A stretch of 64,000 bases of DNA from Octopus vulgaris (GCA_951406725.2 OX597817.1:173228001-173292000); one strand, 5' to 3'; numbered from the stretch's first letter, positions 24,166 to 37,771 are shown. Program-made: numbers and translations. Notes: a model not told the origin generated them from the letters alone.

Positions 24166-24439
24166 ATATCATCCTCGTCATCATTTAGCACCTGCTTTCC
24201 GTGTTGGCATGGGTTGGGCGGTCTGCTAGGAGCTGGCAAGCCAGAGGGCTGCTTTGGAATTGTTTCTATGGCTGGATGTCCTTCCTAATGCCAACCACTC
24301 TACAGAGTGTGATAGTTGGTTTTCATGAGGCACCAGCACCAATGATATCACAAAGTATCTTGCAAAACAAGATCCTCTTCAAATGAGGGGTAGTAATATT
24401 AAGGGAGGTGGGTTTGTACCAAGTGAGGAGACATTAGAC

Positions 24440-24645
24440 CAGTGGATCTTAACTGAGGTCCACGTGGCCCTTGGGAGCCCATATAAAATATTTAATTGTT
24501 AAAATTTATGTGGAATAAATTGGTTATACTTCTATAATACGCAAAATATTTTTTTCGAGTTTAAAGACATCAAATGGTTTTGAGGATTCATCCAAATGAA
24601 ACAGGAATCAAGGGGGTACATAGGATACAATGGTTGAGAAACACT
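24440..24645. mobile_element. hAT (Charlie-like) MITE; fragments at 6692-6830 and 43010-43159
   Basis: CAGTGGATCTTAAC...GGTTGAGAAACACTG termini; shared internal TTGTTAAAATTT.TG.AATAAATTG.TTATACTTCTA. Confidence 0.55.
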
Positions 24646-25087
24646 GGGTTTAGAATATGATAGAAGGACAGGAACAGGTGTCTTGCAGTAGAGGAGATAC
24701 ACGGCTACCCTTGTTGGAAAAAGTGTGTGGAGGAAGAGGGAGAGGAGATGTGTTAGGGCATACCCTTAAGTTTCAGGAATGGGTATATGAGTGAAGTGAT
24801 ATTGAGGATGATATTGGGTGGGCATGTAAGTTCATGAAAGTGCAAAAGAAGAGTGAGAGATAGAGAGGAGAAGAATGCAGGGTGTGATGAAAACAGGTGG
24901 AGAGACAGAGAGAGGAATAATGTTAAAAATGAGTTGTAGAAGAGAGATTTGTTAGGTTCAGATTTTGTGCAGGGTTCTAGACATAAGTAATTGTCCTTTA
25001 AGGGCCACATTTTTACAAATTTTGTGCCATAAATAAACTAAACATATTAGATACGGAAAAAAATACAAGAAAGTTATATAAACTTAC

Positions 25088-25268
25088 CGTTTTTCAAAAA
25101 CTTCTTGTTAAAAGGACAAAATCTGAATAATGGACAGATTGGAGTTATAGAACAGACAACAATAGTGATGACAATTACAAAGAATAAAATCATTCCAGCG
25201 ATTATATCAAGTTTTGTCCAGAAACCAAGTTCTATTACGTAACCTGGGGAAACTGCTTGTGATGACAT
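25088..25268 (-). CDS. Synaptotagmin-like gene, first coding exon (short N-terminus, TM helix, Cys cluster)
   Basis: Acceptor ttttacag|G at 25304 and ATG at 25268. Encodes MSSQAVSPGYVIELGFWTKLDIIAGMILFFVIVITIVVCSITPICPLFRFCPFNKKFLKN. Donor G|gtaagt at 25087. 181 nt, ends phase 1. Confidence 0.85.
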
Positions 25269-25357
25269 TTTCAAATTACTTAATTCTGTTATATTAGTGT
25301 CAACCTGTAAAAATATCAAAAAACATTTAAATTTAAGTAAATTATCATATAGCAGTA

Positions 25358-25575
25358 GTGGTGATGGTGGTGGTGGTGGTGGTGGTGGTGGTGGTGGTGG
25401 TGGTGGTGGTGGTGGTGGTGGTGGTGGTGGCAGTGGCGGTGGTGGTGGTGGTGGTGGCGGTGGTGGTGGTGGTGGTGGTGGTGGTGGTGGTGGTGGCAGT
25501 GGTGGTGGTGGTGGTAGTGGCAGTGGTGGTTGTGGTGGCGGTGGCGGTGGCAGTGGTGGTGGTTTTGGTGGTGGT
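25358..25575. repeat. (GGT)n microsatellite ~50 bp upstream of the first coding exon acceptor
   Basis: Direct reading. Confidence 0.95.
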
Positions 25576-25580
25576 AGAAT

Positions 25581-25777
25581 TTTTTTTTTTGCCAAATAAA
25601 CACACGCACTATATATTTAATCTTCACTTGTTTTTAACTGTTCTTATTAAAAAAAAAAACAATTTTTAAAATTTTAACTCATATCCATTGTCTGAAAATC
25701 TTACTCCATTCTGTTCTTCTAACAAAAGAACAATAAAGTAATTGGAGCAAGAGTACACACGAAAAGGAAAAGTGTTG
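25581..25777. repeat. ~197-bp inverted copy of 26921-27118
   Basis: Near-identical reverse complement, read base by base. Confidence 0.85.
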
Positions 25778-25819
25778 CTCCAAAAGAATGAAAAGCCAGA
25801 AAAATGGTAGTAGTAGTCC

Positions 25820-26700
25820 TTTGCACAAGGCCTGAAATTTTGGGGGAGGGATAAGTTGATTACATTGACCCACGCCCCACCCCCAGTATTTGACAGATAC
25901 TTATTTTATTGATACCCTGAAAGGATGAAAAGCCAAGTTGACTTCTATGGAATTTGAGCGCAGAACATACAGCTGGAAGAAATGCCACTAAGCATTTTTT
26001 CCACTCACTGCAAAAATAATAATAATAAGAAGAAGAAGAAGAAGAAGAATAATACTTTCTACTATAGGCCCAAGGGCCTGAAATTTGGGGATAGGGAGAT
26101 AGTCAATTACATTGACTCCAGTGCTCAACTGGTACTAATTTTATTGACCCCAAAAGGATGAAAGGCAAAGTCAACCTTGGTGGAATTTGAACTCGGAATA
26201 TAAAAAATGAATGAAATGCCACAAAACATTTAGTCCAGCATGTTAATGATCCTGTCAGTTCGTCACCCTATGGTTTCAAATTTTGGGTTAGGGTTAGGGT
26301 TAGCAATTTCAGGGAATAGAGTTAAATCAATTACATTGGCCCCAGTACTCAACTGGTACTTGTTTTATTGACCCCAAATGGATGAAGGGCATAGCTGACC
26401 TCAGAGGAATTTAAATACAGAATGTAAAGGCAGATGAAATGCCACTAAACCTTTTACCCAGTGTGCTAACGATTTTTCCGGCTTGTCACCTTAATAATAA
26501 TAATTCTTTCTACAATAGGCACAAGGCCTGACCTTTGGGGGAAGCAGAGAACTAGTCAATTGAATTGGCCTTCAGTACTCAACTGGTACTCACTCTTACT
26601 TACTCTGTTGATTCTGAAAGGAGAAAGGCAAAGGTGACCTCATCAGAATTTAAACTCAGCATACAAAGCCAGAACAAATGTTGAAAAGCATTTCATCCAG
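25820..26700 (-). mobile_element. Four tandem Nin-domain SINE copies (others at ~27210-27420, 41077-41310, 45055-45255, 48830-49280, 50893-51105, 51800-51955, 53515-53700, 60720-60875)
   Basis: Repeated ~210-bp units with the same core motif. Confidence 0.7.
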
Positions 26701-26756
26701 TTACATTTATCAATTTGTGTTGCAAGATTCCTGATGTGAAACCATGTGTTGAAACA

Positions 26757-27151
26757 GATATCCTTGTATTTCAGGATGGTAATTTTTTTTTACTTTTTGC
26801 CAAAGCACTGTATATTTGTTCTTCACTCACTTATTACTGTTCTTATTTTTAAAAAAAATTTATTCTAACTCATGTCCATTGCCTGAAAATCTTACTTCAC
26901 ACATCTGTGACCTCTTCAGTGACACTTTTCCTTTTCATGTGTGCTCTTGCTCCAATTATTTTATTATTCTTTTGTTAGAAGAACAGAATGGAGTAAGATT
27001 TTCAGACAATGGATATGAGTTAAAATTTTAAAAATTGTTTTTTTTTTTAATAAGAACAGTTAAAAACAAGTGAAGAATAAATATATAGTGCGTGTGTTTA
27101 TTTGGCAAAAAAAAAAAAAGAATGACCATCCCCAAATACAACAATATTTCA
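26757..27151. mobile_element. Foldback/MITE-like element with long diverged arms
   Basis: 26757-26900 is an imperfect reverse complement of 26990-27151. Confidence 0.6.
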
Positions 27152-28108
27152 TCCAGTGTTCTAGTAATTCTGCCAGTTCACCACCTTAATAGTAACAACA
27201 ACAATATAGCTTTCAAATTTTAGTGCAAACCCAGCAAGTTCATGGGAATGGGTAAGTCAGTTACATAAACCCCAGTGTACAACTGGTACTTGTTTTATTG
27301 ACTCCAAAAGAATGAAAAGCAAAAGTTGACCTTGGCAGAATTTGAACACAGAATGTAAAGATGAATGAAATACTGTCAAGCATTTTGCCTGGCATTGCTA
27401 ATGATTCTGCCAGTTTGCCTCTTCAGTAATAATAGTAATAGAATCATTTTAACAGTCTAAAGACACACAAAAACTGTAAAAATTTAATTTTCAGAGATTT
27501 ATTGAAGTTTTGAAATTTCCTTTGTATAGCTATTTTCCACGACCTTCTGCCAATGATCTGCAAGCTTTCAGATTTGGTCAAAGTTCCAATCCTTCAACTT
27601 TGAATTGAAAAATTTTTGACAGACTTCTTCAATTTCATCTAATGACACAAATTGGTGACCTTTCATAAAGTGCTGCATTAATCAGAAGAGACCGTGGTCA
27701 GATGGAGCAACGTCTGGACTCTAGGCTGGACGCAGGGGAACTTCCACTCTGTCCAATTCTTCAATCTTGTTGCTGGTCTTTCTGGCAGTGTGCGGCTTTG
27801 CATTGTCTTGTTGAAATGAAGCACGTTTTCAATGAACAAGTCTTGGGTACTTTTCAACAGTGAGTTACCGCTGAACATGACATGAACTGAATGAACACAC
27901 ACACCACAAAAATATATTAAAAAATCATTATTCTAACACGGTGAACAAACTTTTTCTTCACCCAAGTAAAACAACAAACAGGATTCTATTAAAAATTGAT
28001 GACATAAGTGCATGACTAAGCTATTCAAGTGTTTGATAAACACATTCAGTATTTGCCTTATCGGTAGCTGGTGTGACCAGTGAAATAGATAATAGTATCA
28101 ACAGCTGT

Positions 28109-28383
28109 TTAACCCTTTCGATACCAACCTGGCTGAAACTGCCTCTGACTCTGTAGTACAAATGTCTTGTTTTCATAAGTTTTGAATTAAAATCTTCCAC
28201 CAAACCTTAGTCACAACTTATGTTCCTAACACCAGCTTAATGATAAGTTATTTTACTAAATTCTTTGTTACATTTAAATTTAATCGAAAGAAACACCATC
28301 TTAATGATAACTAAGTTACTTTACTAAATTCTTTGTTATATTTAAAATTAATTGAAAGAAATACAAATAAACAAAAGGGTTAA
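28109..28383. mobile_element. piggyBac-type MITE with an internal duplication
   Basis: TTAA|CCCTTTCG...AAAAGGG|TTAA; ~60-bp internal repeat. Confidence 0.72.
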
Positions 28384-29366
28384 CTCATTTGACATCAGTT
28401 GTGATTGACAGTGTATTGAAATGTCATTAACAACTTTTTCTTTGGAACCTTAACTTTGACAGTCCAGGGCTATATAAAGATGTTGCCCCTTAACATTTTA
28501 GCATTTAAACTAGTCATATCTGGCCCAAATATTCTACCTGTTTTATGTTCAAACTGCCCAGACCTTTCACACCTATCTTACAATGTCATTCTAGAAATAA
28601 GCAATCACATTATTGAAATCTTGAAGCTATGAGATAATGTATGATTATTTCAAAACTATGTGAATAAATAAGAATTATGCTTGACAAAGTAATCTGAATG
28701 GTAATGGATTAACTAGTCAGTAGCCATATGTGGCCATGATAAATAACTGCAAGAATTGATACCATTCAACCCTGGCTACAGAACTTGATAATGGCAGTTC
28801 TCTCAACAACAGATACTGTCATTATTGACAACTCACATGAACTGCTTCACTCAGTGCAAATATCTCTTTTCTTTTGTTTTTGCAATGACAACATATTTTT
28901 GTTAACGATGACACTGTGTAACATGATTTTTGTCCCTGGGTAGCAGCTGTTATTTCCTATTTGCTTGTTCCTAGAAAGTGTGAAAATCGGTTAATATTTC
29001 CTTCAAATTTTGCTTTTGTTACATCTATACAAAACCCCAAAGAATCCCTTTCAACACATGGCTATGATGCACATATTCTCAGCCACTAAGGGACACGCTC
29101 AAGTGGTTATAGTCAAGCAACTAACAAGCAATCTGGGACATTGAACAGAATATTTGCTAAAACAATATTTCTGCTTCAACAATTCAGCGTTGAATCTGTC
29201 TGAAATGTAATGGAAAATAGATCAGTTTTAAAACATTGCTGTCCAGGTCACAAAAGCAAAGTTGGAAGGGAATAGTAGTCATTTCATTTGATTTCTATAC
29301 AGAAGCAAATAGGAAATAACACTTACTGACCAATGACAAAATATTGTTACACATCTGTAATAACTA

Positions 29367-29920
29367 TTGGGTTGTCCGGAAAGTTTGTGCCGATTTTTAA
29401 AGGAAAGAAAAAGGTCAATAAATACTTGCCATTACATTTTTAATCAACCAAATATGAAACATTTTGTTGAAAAATGTGTCTCCATCTTACCTACCCTCTT
29501 CCCAGAATTGAGGTGGTTTCATGGCAAAGAATTCATCAAGGTATCTTTTTACGTCATCCAAGGAATTGAAATTTTTACCATTAAAACTATTCTGCAGAGA
29601 CTTGAATAAGTGGAAACCTGAGGGAACAATAACTGGTGAATATGGAGGGTTGGGGTAACACATCCCAGCCGAGCTGCAGCAATTTTTGTCTGGTTCCCAA
29701 AGCATCAAGTACCAAAAATGAGCTTTCTTATCTTCCATTTTAAAGGGTTACAAAATTAACACAGGTTATAGGTACATAAACCTTCTTCCGCAGAAAGATA
29801 GCTTAAACTGTGCTCTAAATGGAGGGGTAGTCAAATCCTATTTTATGGACTCAACCATGTTCTAAAATAAATTGAAAGTTAAGCTACTATAAATCGGCAC
29901 AAACTTTAAGGACAACCAAA
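29367..29920 (-). mobile_element. Second copy of the same deleted mariner
   Basis: Same TIRs, same deletion junction (LMLWE|PDK), degenerate YSP..PS motif. Confidence 0.9.
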
Positions 29921-30703
29921 TATTTTGTATCTGGAACTTCATACAGACTTTTATTCTTCCACCTTTCAACCAAACCAAAATATTCCACTGTTACTTACTT
30001 CATTTTGACTAAGTCATGGACAGCCAGAAACAACATGGTTGACTGTTACTTCATGGCTTCCACATACTTTGCAGATATTTTTCATAGCTTCATACCCACA
30101 CAGGTTTGGTTGTGTGGCTAAGAAGCTTGCTTCCTAACCAGGTGGCTCTAAGTTCAGTTCCACTGTGTGACACCTTGGACAAGTGTCTTCTACTATAGCC
30201 CTAGGCTGTCCAAAGCCTTGTGAGTGGATTAAAAGATGGAAACTGAAAGAAGACCGTTATAAATGTATATGTGTGTATATATGCATAAATATATATGTAT
30301 GTATATGTTTGAGTGTGTTTATATATACCCTTGTCTTGATGTCTTATGATGGTTGTAAGCTAGCATTGATGTGATGTTGTTCATTTCCAGTCTTCCATGA
30401 GAATTATGTGTGGCCCTATTGAAATAAAAACCTTGTTTGGAAACAGGTGGTGTGTCTGGCAACAAGGCACCTGTGGACAGGTGGGGTATCTGGTTGTAGA
30501 AAATCTTCCACAACAAATTCCATCTGATCCAAATGAACATGGAGAATTGGACGCTAAAACAACAACAACAATGAGAGTGGCGCTGGTGGTGGAGGACAAT
30601 GAAGCTGCTGCTGCTGCTGATAATGATGATGATGGTCTTGGCAGTGGTAGTGGTGGTATTGACGATGATCATGATGATGATGATGATGATGATGATGATG
30701 TTG

Positions 30704-30786
<83 letters not shown>

Positions 30787-30937
30787 GATGATGATGATGG
30801 TGATGTGGAGGAAGGGGATTTTTTTTACACTCTCCTGCTTCTTTAATTTCTGTTGAAAAGATTTCGGTCTTTTGCTTTGATTAATTCTTCAGTTTTAGCT
30901 TAGCATTGATTCCTGCACTTCTCAGCCAGTGTAGAAT

Positions 30938-31458
30938 CTTCCTTTCTTTCTTCCTTCCTTCCTTCCTTTCTTCCTTCCTTCCTTCCTTTCTTTCTTTCTT
31001 CCTTTCTTCCTTCCTATCTTCCTTTCTTCCTTCCTTTCTTCCTTTCATAATTTCTTTCTTTCTTCCTTTCTTCCTTCCTTTCTTCCTTTTTTCTTTCTTT
31101 CTTTCTTCCGTTCTTTCTTCCTTCCTTTCTTTCTTTCTTTCTTCCTTTCTTTCTTCCTTTCTTTCTTTTCTTTCTTTCTTTCTTTCTTCCCTTCTTCCTT
31201 CCTTTCTTTCTTTCTTTCTTTCTTCCTTTCTTTCTCCCTTTCTTTCTTTCTTCCTTCCTTTCTTCCTTCCTTTCTTTCTTATTTTCTTCCATCCTTTCTT
31301 CCTTCTTTTCTTTCTTTCTTCCTTCCTTTCTTCCTTTCTTCCTTTCTTTCTTCCTTTCTTTCTTTCTTTCTACCTTTCTTTCTTCCTTTCTTTCTTTCTT
31401 TCTTCCTTTCTTTCTTTCTTTCTTTCTTTCTTCCTTTCTTTCTTTCTTTCTTTCTTTT

Positions 31459-31500
<42 letters not shown>

Positions 31501-32122
31501 TTCCTTTCTTCCTTTCTTCCTTTCTTTCTTTCTACCTTCCTTCCTTTCTTCCTTCCTTTTTTTCTTTCTTCCTTTCTTTCTTTCTTCCTTTCTTTCTTCC
31601 TTTCTTTCTTTATTTCTTCCATCCTTTCTTTCTTTCTTCCTTTCTTTCTTTCTTCCTTCCTTTCTTTCTTCCTTTCTTCCTTTCTTCCTCTCTTTCTATC
31701 TTCCTTTCTTCCTTTCTTTCTTTCTTTCTTCCTTCCTTTTCTTCCTTTCTTTCTTCCTTTCTTTCTTCCTTTCTTTCTTTCTTCCTTTCTTTCTTCCTTT
31801 CTTTCTTTCTTTCTTCCATCCTTTCTTTCTTTCTTTCTTCCTTCCTTCATTTCTTTCTTCCTTCCTTTCTTTTTTCTTCCTTTCTTCCTTCCTTTCTTCC
31901 TTTCTTTCTTTCTTACTTTCTTTCTTTCTTTCTTTCGTTCTTTCTTTATTTCTTCCTTCCTTCCTTTCTTTCTTTCTTTCGTTCTTTCTTTCTTTCTTTC
32001 TGTCTTCCTTCCTTTCTTCCTTCCTTCCTTCCTTTCTTTCTTCCTTCCTTCCTTTCTTCCTTTCTTTCTTTCTTTCTTTCTTTCTTCCTTCCTTCTTCCT
32101 TTCTATCTTCCTTCCTTTCTTC

Positions 32123-32167
<45 letters not shown>

Positions 32168-33114
32168 TTTCTTTCTTCCTTTCTTTCTTTCTTTCTTCCA
32201 TCCTTTCTTTCTTTCTTCCTTCCTTCCTTTCTTCCTTCCTTCCTTCCTTCCTTCCTTCTTTCCTTTCTTCCTTTCTTCCTTCCTTTCTTCCTTCCTTTCT
32301 TCCTTCCTTCCTTTCTTCCTTCCTTCCTTCCTTCCTTCCTTCTTTCCTTTCTTCCTTTCTTCCTTCCTTTCTTCCTTCCTTTCTTCCTTCCTTTCATTCT
32401 TCCTTTCTTTTTTTCTTTCTTCCTTCCTGCCTTTCATTCATTCTTCCTTCCTTTCTTTCTTCCTTCCTTTCTTTCTTACTTTCTTTCTTCCTTCCTTCCT
32501 TTCTTTGTTTCTTTCTTCCTTCCTTTCTTTCTTTTTTTTTCCTTTATTTCTTCCTTCCTTAATTCCTTTCTTCCTTTCTTTCTTTCTTCCTTTCTTTCTT
32601 CCTTCCTTTCTTTCTTCATTCCTTTCTTCCTTTCTTTCTTTCTTCCTTCCTTCCTTCCTTTCTTTCTTTCTTTCTTCCTTCCTTTCTTCCTTTCTTTCTT
32701 CCTTTCTTTCTTTCTTCCTATCTTTCTTTCTTTCGTTCTTCCTTCCTTTCTTCCTACCTTTCTTCCTTCCTTCCTTTCTTCCTTTCTTTCTTTCTTCCTT
32801 CCTTTCTTTCTTTCTTTCTTCCTTCCTTTTTTCCTTTCTTTCTTTCTTCCTTCCTTTCTTCCTTTCTTTCTTTCTTCCTTCCTGTCTTTCTTTCTTTCTT
32901 CCTTTCTTTCTTTCTTCCTTCCTTCCTTCCTTCCTTTCTTTCTTTCTTTCTTCCTTTCTTCTTTCTTTCTTCCTTCCTTTCTTCCTTCCTTTCTTCCTTC
33001 CTTTCTTTCTTCCTTTCTTTCTTTCTTCCTTCCTTTCTTTCTTTCTTTCTTCCTTCTTTCTTTCTTCCTTTCTTTCTTTCTTCCTTCCTTTCTTCCTTTC
33101 TTTCTTTCTTCTTC

Positions 33115-33155
<41 letters not shown>

Positions 33156-33186
33156 TTCCTTCCTTCCTTCCTTTCTTTCTTCCTTC

Positions 33187-33227
<41 letters not shown>

Positions 33228-33602
33228 TTTCTTCCTTTCTTTCTTTCATTCTTCCTTCCTTTCTTCCTTTCTTTCTTTCTTTCTTCCTTCCCTTCTTCCT
33301 TTGTTTCTTTCTTTCTTTCTTCCTTTCTTCTTTCCTTTCTTCCTTTCTTCCTTTCTTTCTTTCTTTCTTCCTTCCTTTCTTCCTTTCTTTCTTCCTTCCT
33401 TTCTTTCTTTCTTTCTTTCTTCCTTTCTTCCTTTCTTTCTGTCTTCCTTCCTTCCTTTCTTCCTTTCTTTCTTTCTTCCTTCCTTTCTTTCTTCCTTTCT
33501 TTCTTTCTTCCTTTCTTTCTTCCTTCCTTTCTTTCTTTCTTCCTTTCTTTCTTCCCTTCTTCCTTTCTTTCTTCCTTTCTTTCTTTCTTTCTTTCTTTCT
33601 TC

Positions 33603-33635
<33 letters not shown>

Positions 33636-33932
33636 TTTCTTTCTTTCTTTCTTCCTTCCTTCCTTTCTATCTTTCTTTCTTCTTTCCTACCTTTCTTTCT
33701 TCCTTCCTTTCTTTCTTCCTTTCTTTTTTCTTTCTTCCTTCCTTCCTTTCTTTCTTTTTTCCTTTCTTTCTTCCTTCCTTTCTTCCTTTCTTCCTATCTT
33801 TCTTCCTTCCTTTCTTTCTTTTTTCTTCCTTCCTTTCTTTCTTCCTTTCTTCCTTCCTTCCTTTCTTTCTTTCTTCCTTTCTTTCTTCCTATCTTCCTTT
33901 CTTTCTTCCTTTCTTTCTTCCTTCCTTCCTTC

Positions 33933-33965
<33 letters not shown>

Positions 33966-35560
33966 TTCCTTCCTTTCTTTCTTTCTTTCTTCCTTTCTTT
34001 CTTCCTTTCTTCCTTTCTTTCTTTCTTCCTTTCTTTCTTCCTTCCTTTCTTTCTTTCTTTCTTTCTTTCTTCCTTCCTTTCTTTCTTCCTTTCTTTCTTC
34101 CTTTCTTTCTTTCTTCCTTCCTTTCTTCCTTCGTTCCTTCCTTTCTTTCTTCCTTTCTTTCTTTATTTCTTCCTTTCTTTCTTTCTTTCTTCCTTTCTTT
34201 CTTTCTTTCTTCCTTTCTTTCTTTCTTTCTTCCTTCCTTTCTTCCTTTCTTTCTTTCTTTCTTCCTTCCTTTTTTCCTTTCTTTCTTTCTTCCTTCCTTT
34301 TTTCCTTTCTTTCTTTCTTCCTTCCTTTCTTCCTTTCTTTCTTTCTTTCTTTCTTTCTTCCTTTCTTTCTTTCTTTCTTTCTTTCTTCCTTCCTTTCTTC
34401 CTTCCTTTCTTCCTTCCTTCCTTTCTTCCATTCTTTCTTCCTTCCTTTCTTTCTTTCTTCCTTCCTTTCTTTCTTCTTCCTTCTTTCTTTCTTTCTTCCT
34501 CCTTTCTTCCTTTCTTTCTTTCTTCCTTCCTGTCTTTCTTTCTTTCTTTCTTCCTTTCTTTCTTTCTTCCTTCCTTCCTTCCTTCCTTTCTTTCTTTCTT
34601 CCTTCCTTTCTTTCTTTCTTTCTTTCTTCCTTTCTTTCTTCCTTTCTTTCTTTCATTCTTCCTTTCTTCCTTTCTTTCTTTCTTTCTTTCTTTCTTCCTT
34701 TCTTCTTTCCTTTCTTCCTTTCTTCCTTTCTTTCTTTCTTTCTTCCTTTCTTTCTTCCTTCCTTTCTTTCTTTCTTTCTTCCTTTCTTCCTTTCTTTCTT
34801 TCTTCCTTCCTTTCTTGCTTCCTTTCTTTCTTTCTTCCTTTCTTTCTTCCTTCCTTTCTTTCTTTCTTCCTTTCTTCCTTTCTTTCTTTCTTTCTTTCTT
34901 CCTTTCTTTCTTTCTTTCTTCCTTTCTTACTTTCTTTCTTTCTTCCTTCCTTCCTTTCTTTCTTCCTTTCTTTCTTTCTTCCTTTCTTTCTTCCTTCCTT
35001 TCTTTCTTTCTTCCTTTCTTTCTTCCTCTCTTCCTTTCTTTCTTTCTTTCTTTCTTCCTTTCTTTCTTCTTCCTTCTTTCCTTCCTTCTCTTTCTTTCTT
35101 CTTTCTTTCTTCCTTTCTTCTTCCTTTCTTTTTCTCTTTCTTTCTTTCTTCCTCTTTCTTTCTCCTTTCTTCCTTCCTTTCTTTCTTCCTTCTTTTCTTT
35201 CTTTCCTTTCTTCCTTTCTTTCTTTTCTTTTTCTTTCTTCCTTTCCTTTCTTTCTTTCTTCCTTCCTTCTTTCTTCCTTTCTTTCTTCCTCTTTCTTTCC
35301 TTTCTTTCTTCCTTCTTTCCTTTCTTCCTTCTTTCTTTCTTTCTTTCCTTTCTTTCTTCCTTCCTTTCTTTCTTTCTTTCTTCTTTCTTCCTTCCTTTCT
35401 TTCTTTCTTCTTTCTTTCTTTCTTCCTTTCTTTCTTTCTTTCTTTCTTTCTTCCTTCCTTCCTTTCTTTCTTCCTTTCTTTCTTTCTTTCTTTCTTCCTT
35501 CCTTTCTTTCTTTCTTCCTTTCTTTCTTCCTCTCTTCCTTTCTTTCTTTCTTTCTTTATT

Positions 35561-35602
<42 letters not shown>

Positions 35603-36438
35603 TTTCTTCCTTCCTTCCTTCCTTTCTTTCTTTCTTTCTTCCTTCCTTTCTTTCTTCCTTTCTTTTTTTCTTTCTTACTTCCTTTCTTTCTTTCTTCCTT
35701 CCTTTCTTTCTTCCTTCCTTTCTTCCTTCCTTTCTTCCTTTCTTTCTTTCTTCCTTTCTTCCTTTCTTTCTTTCTTTCTTTCTTTCCTTTCCTTTCTTCC
35801 TTTCTTTCTTCCTTCCTTCCTTTCTTTCTTTCTTTCTTCCTTTCTTTCTTCCTATCTTCCTTTCTTTCTTCCTTCCTTCCTTTCTTTCTTTCTTTCTTTC
35901 TTCCTTTCTTTCATTCTTTCTTCCTTCCTTTTTTCTTTCTTTCTTCCTTCCTTTCTTCCTTCCTTCCTTTCTTTCTTCCTTCCTTTCTTTCTTTCTTCCT
36001 TTCTTTCTTCCTTCCTTCCTTTCTTTCTTCCTTTCTTTCTTTCTTTCTTTCTTTCTTCCTTTCTTTCATTCTTTCTTCCTTCCTTTCTTCCTTTCTTTCT
36101 TTATTTCTTCCTTCCTTCCTTTCTTCCTTCCTTCCTTTCTTTCTTTCTTTCTTTCTTCCTTCCTTTTTTCCTTTCTTTCTTTCTTCCTTCCTTTCTTCCT
36201 TTCTTTCTTTCTTCCTTCCTGTCTTTCTTTCTTCCTTTCTTTCTTTCTTCCTTCCTTCCTTTCTTCCTTTCTTTCTTTCTTTCTTCCTTCCTTTCTTCCT
36301 TCCTTTCTTTCTTCCTTCCTTTCTTCCTTTCTTTCTTTCTTCCTTCCTTTCTTTCTTTCTTTCTTCCTTCCTTTCTTCCTTTCTTTCTTTCTTCCTTCCT
36401 TTCTTCCTCTCTTTCTTTCTTCCTTCCTGTCTTTCTTC

Positions 36439-36475
<37 letters not shown>

Positions 36476-37771
36476 TTCCTTCCTTTCTTTCTTTCTTTCT
36501 TCCTTTCTTTCTTCCTTTCTTTCTTTCTTTCTTTCTTTCTTCCTTCCTTTCTTTCTTCCTTCCTTTCTTCCTTCCTTTCTTTCTTCCTTCCTTTCTTCCT
36601 TTCTTTCTTTCTTTCTTCCTGTCTTTCTTTCTTTCTTTCTTCCTTTCTTTCTTTCTTTCCTTCCTTCCTTCCTTCCTTTCTTTCTTTCTTCCTTCCTTTC
36701 TTTCTTTCTTTCTTTCTTCCTTCCTTCCTTCCTTCTTTCTTTCTTCCTTTCTTCCTTCCTTCCTTCCTTTCTTTCTTCCTTTCTTTCTTTCTTTCTTCCT
36801 TCCTTTCTTCCTCTCTTTCTTTCTTTCTTCCTTCCTTTCTTCCTTTCTTTCTTTCTTTCTTTCTTCCTTTCTTCTTTCCTTTCTTCCTTTCTTACTTTCT
36901 TCCTTTCTTTCTTCCTTCCTTTCTTCCTTTCTTTCTTTCTTTCTTTCTTTCTGTCTTCCTTCCTTCCTTTCTTCCTTTCTTTCTTTCTTCCTTCCTTTCT
37001 TTCTTCCTTTCTTTCTTTCTTCCTTTCTTTCTTCCTTCCTTTCTTTCTTCCTTCCTTTCTTTCTTCCTTTCTTCCTTTCTTTCTTCCTTTCTTTCTTTCT
37101 TTCTTTCTTCTTTCTTTCTTTCTTCCTTTCTTTCTTTCTTTCTTTCTTTCTTCCTTTCTTTCTTTCTTCCTTCCTTTCTTTCTTTCTTTCTTTCTTCTTT
37201 CTTTTTCTTTCTTCCTTCCTTTCTTTCTTCCTTCCTTCCTTTCTTTCTTTCTTTCTTTCTTCCTTTCTTTCTTCCTTTCTTTCTTTCTTTCTTCTTCCTT
37301 TCTTCTTTCCTTCCTTCCTTTCTTTCTTTCTTTCTTCCTTCCTTTCTTTCTTCCTTTCTTTTTTCTTTCTTCCTTCCTTCCTTTCTTTCTTTCTTCCTTT
37401 CTTTCTTCCTTCCTTTCTTTCTTCCTTTCTTTCTTTCTTCCTCTTCTTCTTTCTTCCTTCCTTCCTTTCTTCCTTCCTTTCTTTCTTCCTTCCTTCCTTT
37501 CTTTCTTTCTTTCTTCCTTTCTTTCTTCCTTTCTTTCTTCCTATCTTCCTTTCTTTCTTTCTTTCTTTCTTTCTTTCTGTCTTCCTTCCTTTCTTTCTTC
37601 CTTCCTTCCTTTCTTTCTTCCTTTCTTTCTTCCTTTCTTTCTTTCTTTCTTTCTTTCTTCCTTTCTTTCATTCTTTCTTCCTTCCTTTCTTCCTTTCTTT
37701 CTTTATTTCTTCCTTCCTTCCTTTCTTCCTTCCTTCCTTTCTTTCTTCCCTTCTTTCTTCCTTTTTTTCAT

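Noticed and set aside
25305-25595. Polyproline N-terminal extension in frame with the TM exon
   Set aside because: It is a (GGT)n microsatellite lying upstream of a good ttttacag acceptor at 25305-25306, so it is intronic.
26722-26770. CTGATGT...GAAAC hammerhead-like string
   Set aside because: A9 is missing, and there is no convincing stem II or stem III.
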